Shown one piece after another: positions 33,977 through 40,317 of a DNA stretch of 64,000 nucleotides (position 1 is the first letter of the stretch; every line of letters begins with the position of its first letter). The notes under the pieces were generated by a model. That model ran no database searches, had not been told where the DNA came from, and saw only the letters and a program-made list of their open reading frames with translations. The DNA comes from an uncultured Coriobacteriia bacterium. GTDB lineage: Bacteria > Actinomycetota > Coriobacteriia > Coriobacteriales > QAMH01. Made by a program: the position numbers and the translations under genes. The DNA lies in NCBI GenBank assembly GCA_902475535.1, contig CABRZR010000001.1, positions 92,677 to 156,676 on the forward strand, read 5' to 3'.

Positions 33977-34348
33977 CTACGCGGGGTCGTCCTCGTCGTC
34001 GGGTGTCTCGATTTCCATGGACGCGACTTCGAGTTCGCGACCCGCTATGAGCATGGTCGCCGCGGAGTCGCAGGCGGGACAGTGGTTGTGAAAGCGGTCG
34101 TGTTCGAACTCGTTACCGCAATCGAGGCATTTCGATCGCGGACTCACGAAGTCCATCACGAGCACGCAGCCGTCGAGCAACGGGTCATCTTCGGAAAGCG
34201 CCTCGAAGGCAAACTCCATCGCTTCGGGTACGACCATCGTCATCTCGCCAATCGTGAGCTTGATGTTTGTGATCTTTGTCGCACCGTTTTGGCGCGCGAC
34301 GGGAACGACCGAATCGAATATCCCCTGGACGAGCGAAAGTTCGTGCAT
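33977..34348 (-). CDS. hypA: Hydrogenase maturation nickel metallochaperone HypA
   Basis: The MHELSL N-terminus is the Ni site. The zinc site is CLDCG...CPAC. Confidence 0.9.
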   Translation of the reverse strand: MHELSLVQGIFDSVVPVARQNGATKITNIKLTIGEMTMVVPEAMEFAFEALSEDDPLLDGCVLVMDFVSPRSKCLDCGNEFEHDRFHNHCPACDSAATMLIAGRELEVASMEIETPDDEDDPA

Positions 34349-35088
34349 TATGCAGCCATCTCCGCTTCTTCCTCGGCGCGCTGGCGCTTGATTCTACGCG
34401 ACAGCGCAATGCGCGCGGCGGCGAGGGACACCTCGTAGAGCGCGAGAAGCGCGGCGAACATGATGCCCATCGTCACGGGAGAGGCGTCCGGAGTGACGAC
34501 GGCGGCGATTACGAGCAGGCCAACGTAGATGCCACGCCAACTCGCACGCATCTTCTTGTACGGCACGATGTTGAACAGGATGAGGAAGAACACCACAAGC
34601 GGCAGCTCGAACGCAAGGCCAAAGGCAAGCTCGAACAGGATGATGTAGTGCAGGTAGTCGGTTGCCTGGGGCAGAATCTGGCCGATCGACATGCTTTCGT
34701 TCGTGAGAAACTGGAACGCCGGATTCAGGCAGAAGCAATAGCAGAAGACCATGCCGAGCACGTAGAGCGCGACGGCAACGAAGAACGTCGGCAGCACGTA
34801 GCGGCGCTCGTTGGGACGCAACGCCGGCAGGAAGAACGCGAGCAGCTCCCAGAAGATGAGCGGGCTGCACACGAGGACGGACATGAAGAGGGCAACGCGA
34901 AACTTCAGCGAGAAGCCTTCGAAAGCGCCGGTCACATAGACTTCCTGCACGTAATCGCTCACGGGAAGGATGAGGAAGTCGATGAGGTAGGGCGCGAGGA
35001 GGTACATGAAGCAAACCGTAACGGCCAGCGCCACAACGATTATGACGATGCGGCGGCGTAACTCGCCGATATGGTCCATGAGCGGCAT
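34348..35088 (-). CDS. tatC: Twin-arginine translocase subunit TatC
   Basis: MPLMDHIGELRRRIVIIVVALAVTV... has 6 TM helices typical of TatC. The internal ATG at 35088 was chosen as the start. Its stop overlaps the hypA ATG (TAATG). Confidence 0.88.
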   Translation of the reverse strand: MPLMDHIGELRRRIVIIVVALAVTVCFMYLLAPYLIDFLILPVSDYVQEVYVTGAFEGFSLKFRVALFMSVLVCSPLIFWELLAFFLPALRPNERRYVLPTFFVAVALYVLGMVFCYCFCLNPAFQFLTNESMSIGQILPQATDYLHYIILFELAFGLAFELPLVVFFLILFNIVPYKKMRASWRGIYVGLLVIAAVVTPDASPVTMGIMFAALLALYEVSLAAARIALSRRIKRQRAEEEAEMAA

Positions 35089-35110
35089 GCGAGCGGGTCC
35101 GATGGGCACG

Positions 35111-35671
35111 TCACTCACCGCCCTTCTCGTCGTCAAGATCGTACAGGCTCGCAGCCATGCTCTTCTTCTTGACGGTGCCGCTTGCCTCGGGAATGGGCTT
35201 GCCCTCGGGCTGCGCTGCGGGCGCGTCATCGAGGACGGACGCGAACGGGTCGTCGGCAACGGGTGCCGGAGCGGCTTGCTTTGCCGCCGGAGCAGGGGGC
35301 TCGCCAGGAACGCCGCCGGGGATGGCAGCGCCGGGCTTGGTCGCGGGAGAACCAGTCGAGCTGCCGAACATGTCCTTGAACGGGTCGGTGAACATGTTCT
35401 TCGTCTCGTTGAGGGTATCGTTGATGGCGGAGATGTCCTCCTGGATGGGCTTGGTCGACTCTTCGACCTGATCCTTATAGGGGGCAATGGCCTCCTGGAA
35501 GGGATCGGCGACCTCTTCCTTGAACTTCTTGTTGGCCGCCTCGGAGGCGTTTCTGAACTGCCTGATCGCCCGTCCTACGGTGCGCCCCATCTGGGGCAGC
35601 TTCTCCGGTCCGAAGATGAGGAAACCGAAGAACAGGATAATCACTAGCTCCGTGCCACTAATTCCGAACAC
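35111..35671 (-). CDS. tatA: Twin-arginine translocase TatA/E with a long Ala/Pro-rich tail
   Basis: A GTG start gives MFGISGTELVIILFFGFLIFGPEKLPQMGRTVGRAIRQFR, the canonical TatA TM helix plus amphipathic helix. At 186 aa it is much longer than usual. Confidence 0.8.
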   Translation of the reverse strand: MFGISGTELVIILFFGFLIFGPEKLPQMGRTVGRAIRQFRNASEAANKKFKEEVADPFQEAIAPYKDQVEESTKPIQEDISAINDTLNETKNMFTDPFKDMFGSSTGSPATKPGAAIPGGVPGEPPAPAAKQAAPAPVADDPFASVLDDAPAAQPEGKPIPEASGTVKKKSMAASLYDLDDEKGGE

Positions 35672-35747
35672 GAAAACATCCTTTTCTAATAACGTTCGAT
35701 TTCCCTGCAAGCTCGCTACTTTACCACATGCGGGGCGGAGGAAGCGG

Positions 35748-35836
35748 TGAGACAACGTGCCTGGCACACTGTCTCATATCGCAGACATTTTATTGATTCT
35801 GGCTATCATTTGAGACAGTGTGCCAGGCACGTCTCA
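35748..35836. repeat. Inverted pair of family-A palindromes
   Basis: TGAGACAACGTGCCTGGCACACTGTCTCA (35748-35776), a 34-bp spacer, then TGAGACAGTGTGCCAGGCACGTCTCA (35811-35836). The second copy is the reverse complement of the first with a 3-nt deletion. Its last TCA is the mtnA stop. Confidence 0.9.
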
Positions 35837-36997
35837 CTCGCCTGCGAACTCGATGCCCGTTTCGGTGATGACGCCGGTGATGAGCTCGTTGGGAGTGATG
35901 TCGAAAGCGGGATTGAAGACATCGCATTCGCTCGGCGCAATGGGAAGCCATTGATGCCCGTAGGGCATGCAGCGCACTTCGGCCTCGTCGCGTTGCTCGA
36001 TGACGACCTCATCGCCTGTCACGAGCGACTTGTCGAAGGTCGAGTGCGGCGCGGCGACAAAGAACGGCACGCTGTGATAGCTCGAGACAACCGCGAGCGG
36101 ATAGGTTCCGATCTTGTTTGCCACGTCGCCGTTAGCGCACACGCGGTCGGCACCGACGATGACGGCGTCCACGAGCCCCTGGCCCATGATGGATCCGGCC
36201 ATGTTGTCGCAGATGAGCGTATAGGGTACGCCCGCTTGCTCAAGCTCCCACGCGGTAAGGCGCGATCCCTGCTCGACGGGGCGTGTCTCGTCGACCCAGA
36301 CCTTCTCGATGTCGCCGTTCTCGAAGGCGTGGTAGATGATTGACGTCGCCGTGCCCCACGCGGCTGTTGCGAGCGCGCCGGCGTTACAGTGCGTCTCGAT
36401 GCGCAGGGGACGGCCCAGACGCTGGGCAAGCGTGGAGATGATGACAGCGCCGTTCTCGCCGATGAGCTTGCATGAGTAGATTTCGTCCTCCATGAGCTGG
36501 CAGGCTTGCTCCTCGAGGTCTTCGGTGATCTTGTCGACGCTGCCGCCCTGGTAAGCGGCCATGCGCGCCGGTGCTACAAGCTCGTTGATCGCCCAGGCGA
36601 GGTTGACCGCCGTCGGACGCACCGCCGCGATTTCGCGGCCGCGTTGCTCGAGCTTGCTCGCGAATACCGTGACAGAATCGACATCGCTCTTGGGGTTGGC
36701 CTGGCGCTTGGCCTCGCGAATGACAGGCCACTCGTTTTTGGCCCAGAGCACGAGGGCGAACGCGCCGGCAATGCCGATGGCCGGGGCACCGCGTACGGCA
36801 AGCTCCTCGATTGCATCACAGACCTGCTTCGAGGTGAAGCAGTCGATGTACTCGATCGAAAACGGAAGCAGACGCTGGTCGAGCACCGTCAATCGGGCTG
36901 CCGCATCGTCAAGATTTGCCGTGGTCAGCGCACTGGGAACCCATCCCTCGAGCGCCGGCTGCCATTTTAGGGAACGCGGAAGATTCTCTCCCACCAT
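35834..36997 (-). CDS. mtnA: S-methyl-5-thioribose-1-phosphate isomerase (eIF-2B alpha/beta/delta family)
   Basis: VRGAPAIGIAGAFAL, HCNAGALATAAWGTA, VDETRPVEQGSRLTAWEL, VGADRVCANGDVANKIGTY and AFDITPNELITGVITE are all present. The start is 36997 or 37027. Confidence 0.85.
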   Translation of the reverse strand: MVGENLPRSLKWQPALEGWVPSALTTANLDDAAARLTVLDQRLLPFSIEYIDCFTSKQVCDAIEELAVRGAPAIGIAGAFALVLWAKNEWPVIREAKRQANPKSDVDSVTVFASKLEQRGREIAAVRPTAVNLAWAINELVAPARMAAYQGGSVDKITEDLEEQACQLMEDEIYSCKLIGENGAVIISTLAQRLGRPLRIETHCNAGALATAAWGTATSIIYHAFENGDIEKVWVDETRPVEQGSRLTAWELEQAGVPYTLICDNMAGSIMGQGLVDAVIVGADRVCANGDVANKIGTYPLAVVSSYHSVPFFVAAPHSTFDKSLVTGDEVVIEQRDEAEVRCMPYGHQWLPIAPSECDVFNPAFDITPNELITGVITETGIEFAGE

Positions 36998-37101
36998 GTC
37001 TATCGCACCGCCTTTGATTAAAAACACTTAGGCGGATGATACCACCAAGCGCCCGCACGCGGCGCCTTCACGCCTCACAAGACTTTGGCTATCATGAGCG
37101 C

Positions 37102-38400
37102 ATGGATAAGAAACCAAACGCAAAGGCCTTGTTGCCCATAGCCGTCTTCCTTGTGCTGTACCTCGGATGCGGCATCTATTTCGAGTACATTGCGCCGACT
37201 GAGGGGCAGATGGGCTTCTACGTGGTGAGCGTCGTCGTGGCGTTCGTCATCGCGCTCATCGTCGCACTGTTGCAAAATCGCTCGCTCTCCTTCGACGAGA
37301 AGATTCACGTTTGCGCGCGCGGCATCGGCGATGACAACATCGTCATCATGCTCTTCATCTTCCTGATGGCCGGCGCCTTCTCGGGCATTGCGAGTGCGGC
37401 CGGAGGCGCCGAGAGCACGGCCAACCTCTTTCTCGACATACTCCCTGCCCAGGCGGCCATACCCGGACTCTTCGTCATCGCCTGTATCATCTCGCTGGCC
37501 ATGGGCACGAGCGTGGGCACCATCACGGTGTTGACGCCGATCGCGGTCACGGTTGCGCAGAGTGCTGGCTTTAACCTACCCCTGTGCGTTGGCACTGTCG
37601 TGGGTGGTGCGATGTTTGGCGATAACCTCTCCTTCATCTCGGATACCACCATCGCGGCGACCCGCACGCAGGGCGTCAACATGAAGGACAAGTTCTTCAA
37701 CAACTTCCGCATCGCCTTGCCGGCAGCGCTCATCACGCTTGGCATTCTCATTGTCATGGCGCTCATGGCCGGCACCCCGACACTCGACGATTTCGACTAC
37801 AACATCTGGCAGGCGATTCCGTACTTCGCGGTGCTTATCGCCGCATTGTGCGGCATCAACGTCTTCGTCGTGCTCGGTGGCGGCATCGTGCTCTTTGCCA
37901 TCGTGGGCGGCGCGACGGGATCGCTCGACTTCGCGACGGCGTTCTCGGCCATGGGCACGGGAACGGCTGGGATGTTCGAGACGATGATCGTCACGATTCT
38001 GGTGGCATCGATCAGCGCGCTCATGCGCGAGTATGGCGGCTTTGCCTCGGTGCTCGGCTTCATCAAGCGTCACTTCACGGGCAAGCGGGGAGGCGAGCTG
38101 GGCTGCGGTCTGCTCACGTTGCTGCTTGACGTTGCTTGCGCGAACAACACGGTCGCCATTGTCGTGGCCGGACCCATCGCCAAGCACATCGGCGAGAAAT
38201 ACGGCATCGAGCCCGTGCGAGTGGCGAGTCTCATCGACATCTTCAGTTGCATCGGCCAGGGTCTTATCCCTTATGGTGCGCAGCTGCTCGTTGCCGCGAG
38301 CCTCGCCGGCATCGCAAGCGTCGAGATCATGCCGTTTCTGTTCTACCAGTTCCTGCTGCTCGCCTGCGTGCTCATCAGCATCGCCCTCGACCGCAAATGA
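37102..38400 (+). CDS. nhaC: Na+/H+ antiporter NhaC-family transporter (second copy)
   Basis: 432-aa polytopic protein. MDKKPNAKALLPIAVFLVLYLGCGIYFEY...MLFIFLMAGAFSGIASAAGG is typical of short NhaC-family proteins. Confidence 0.78.
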   Translation: MDKKPNAKALLPIAVFLVLYLGCGIYFEYIAPTEGQMGFYVVSVVVAFVIALIVALLQNRSLSFDEKIHVCARGIGDDNIVIMLFIFLMAGAFSGIASAAGGAESTANLFLDILPAQAAIPGLFVIACIISLAMGTSVGTITVLTPIAVTVAQSAGFNLPLCVGTVVGGAMFGDNLSFISDTTIAATRTQGVNMKDKFFNNFRIALPAALITLGILIVMALMAGTPTLDDFDYNIWQAIPYFAVLIAALCGINVFVVLGGGIVLFAIVGGATGSLDFATAFSAMGTGTAGMFETMIVTILVASISALMREYGGFASVLGFIKRHFTGKRGGELGCGLLTLLLDVACANNTVAIVVAGPIAKHIGEKYGIEPVRVASLIDIFSCIGQGLIPYGAQLLVAASLAGIASVEIMPFLFYQFLLLACVLISIALDRK

Positions 38401-39338
38401 GACAGCTGTGCCCGGCACGCTGTCTCAAAAACTGGGCAAAACTACGAGAATGTCGATGATATGAGACAGCGTGCCGGGCACAGCTGTCTCATTTGTCTCA
38501 GGCGCGGCATATTGTATTTCTTCCGACACCTGTCAGGAGTTCGATTTTGCGAACCGAAAGACCTGCAGCTTTTAATGTTCTCAAGCTGGCATCACGCTCA
38601 GATTGGGGCAATCGTATGATCGCCCCAAGGGAAACGGGACTAAGGAGCGTCTGGGCGAGCTTCCGAACGTCATCATCGCTAACATAGGGTTTCTCTTCAC
38701 TGTTCGTAAGCGAACACTCGCTTTCCTGCTCCGCCTCGTGAAAAAGCCGGAAGTTTTCTCTACCTCCGAAGATGTCCAACACAAAATCCACTTCGCATAA
38801 TGAAGGTAACCCAACATATTCGTGATAGCTTGACCACTTATAGGTTTCCATAGGAGCCAATCCACCCTTTTCAGGATTTTTGTGAATGTAACGCACGACC
38901 GTCAGCAGATAGGATTCGTCGTTAATGGGCTCGCTCTTGAACCGATCCTGGAACAAATGTCCGACATGTCCCGTTTTGGCATTGAACCGACGTGCGTAGA
39001 CACTGCAAACTCTATGCATGCCCCTCGACAAGCTCTCTTTATCTCCTCGAACAAGCAAGTGAAAGTGGTTTCCCATTAAGCACCACGCGTAGAGATCGAG
39101 ATGGGCGTCTACTAAGCAATCCTGGAGCTTGTATAGGAAAAACTGACGGTCATTATCATCTTCGAATATCAGTTGCCTTCCGTTTCCTCGCGACATGACA
39201 TGGTAAATATCCCCGACGCTTTCTTTCCGAAATCTACTCATTTTGTTCTCCTTTCAGGTGCCCGTGCTAGGCACCTTGTCTCACATCATCGCCACTTCCT
39301 TTACTTTGTCCTCCTTTTGAGACAGCGTGCCAGGCACG
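38398..39338. mobile_element. REPtron-like unit: a RayT-type transposase gene flanked on both sides by pairs of family-A palindromes
   Basis: The left pair, 38398-38427 and 38462-38491, are exact reverse complements of each other. The right pair, 39258-39292 and 39318-39338, is degenerate but has similar spacing. The enclosed gene is an HUH/Y1 transposase homolog. Confidence 0.75.
38498..39241 (-). CDS. IS200/IS605-family Y1 (HUH) transposase-like protein, RayT-type, with a C-terminal HTH extension
   Basis: The N-terminus is GDIYHVMSRGNGRQLIFEDDNDRQFF. The HUH motif is MGNHFHLLV, and the catalytic-Tyr region is VVRYIHKNPEKGG. The C-terminus, LSVRKIELLTGVGRNTICRA, is HTH-like. GC is visibly lower. 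Confidence 0.8.
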   Translation of the reverse strand: MSRFRKESVGDIYHVMSRGNGRQLIFEDDNDRQFFLYKLQDCLVDAHLDLYAWCLMGNHFHLLVRGDKESLSRGMHRVCSVYARRFNAKTGHVGHLFQDRFKSEPINDESYLLTVVRYIHKNPEKGGLAPMETYKWSSYHEYVGLPSLCEVDFVLDIFGGRENFRLFHEAEQESECSLTNSEEKPYVSDDDVRKLAQTLLSPVSLGAIIRLPQSERDASLRTLKAAGLSVRKIELLTGVGRNTICRA

Positions 39339-39350
39339 ACATTTGCTTTT

Positions 39351-40250
39351 TCACCAGACGCGGCAGCAGGTGACGGCGCGGATCTCGTGGGCGCCGCCGT
39401 CGAGGAGCACATGCGCTGCCGCCGAAAGCGTCGCGCCCGTCGTGAAGACGTCGTCGATGAGGACGATACGTTGCGGCAGCGCACCTGCTTCCGGCACTGC
39501 ATCTGCTGCTAGCGAGAACGACCCATTGCGATTTGCCAGCCGCTCCCCGCGTCCCAGCTCGCGCTGGTCGCGTGCCCCTTTGCAACTCACGAGTGCGTGC
39601 ACGAGCGGCATTTCCGTGCGCCGCGCGACAATCCCTGCCACACGTTCCATGTGGTCGAATCCGCGTCGCAGGAGCGCCTCGGGCGATGCCGGCACGTACA
39701 CGAGCGCATCTGCCCACTGCGTCCAATCCTGGAGAGATGGCGGGGAGGAGATTTCTCGACTCCGCTCCGCTTCGCCCGAAATGACAGCGGGACGCTCCGC
39801 TTCGCTCGAAGTGACAGCGGGAGGCCTTGGGATGTCGGCCCCCATCGTTCGTCCCCGTATCGCGGCGCACAGCAGCGAGGCGATCACCGCATCGAGGCGC
39901 AGCTCGTCGCCGTCCTTGTAGGTGCTGATGATTCTCCGCGCCCCGTCCTCGAAGGAAAGCGCCGCACGCGCCTGCGTGAACGGAAACGCCTCCTCGGGAT
40001 GCAGCAGCGCCGACTCGCTACCGGGCATGGGGCACTCCGTGCACAACGTGCGCCCAAACGGTGCTCCGCAGCGCGGGCACGCGAGTGCAAGATTGATGAA
40101 GGGGAGGGAGGAAGCGCAGCCCTCGCACAAAACGCTGCCGGGCATGTCGCACACGACACAGCGCGTGGGGCTAATCGTTTCCAAAATGGAGGTAGCCAGA
40201 ACCTTATATATATGGTTAAAATCGTGCAACTGAGGCCTTTCCGGCCCCAC
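39351..40250 (-). CDS. comFC: ComF-family phosphoribosyltransferase-domain protein carrying an in-frame family-E repeat
   Basis: The N-terminal zinc motifs are CVVCD...CEGC...CPRCG...CTEC. The PRT motif is RIVLIDDVFTTGATL, and RGFDHMERVA is also present. The start codon is uncertain (GTG at 40250). Confidence 0.78.
   Translation of the reverse strand: MGPERPQLHDFNHIYKVLATSILETISPTRCVVCDMPGSVLCEGCASSLPFINLALACPRCGAPFGRTLCTECPMPGSESALLHPEEAFPFTQARAALSFEDGARRIISTYKDGDELRLDAVIASLLCAAIRGRTMGADIPRPPAVTSSEAERPAVISGEAERSREISSPPSLQDWTQWADALVYVPASPEALLRRGFDHMERVAGIVARRTEMPLVHALVSCKGARDQRELGRGERLANRNGSFSLAADAVPEAGALPQRIVLIDDVFTTGATLSAAAHVLLDGGAHEIRAVTCCRVW
39742..39825. repeat. Family-E element (reverse orientation, one and a half units) inside comF
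   Basis: GGGGAGGAGATTTCTCGACTCCGCTCCGCTTCGCCCGAAATGACAGCGGGACGCTCCGCTTCGCTCGAAGTGACAGCGG. It is translated as AVTSSEAERPAVISGEAERSREISSPP. Confidence 0.88.
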
Positions 40251-40317
40251 CCGCTAGTCTCCGCGGGTAATTGTAAGCCATAGCTGTCTTCAAGAACGCA
40301 GCAAAAACGAGTGAGTG

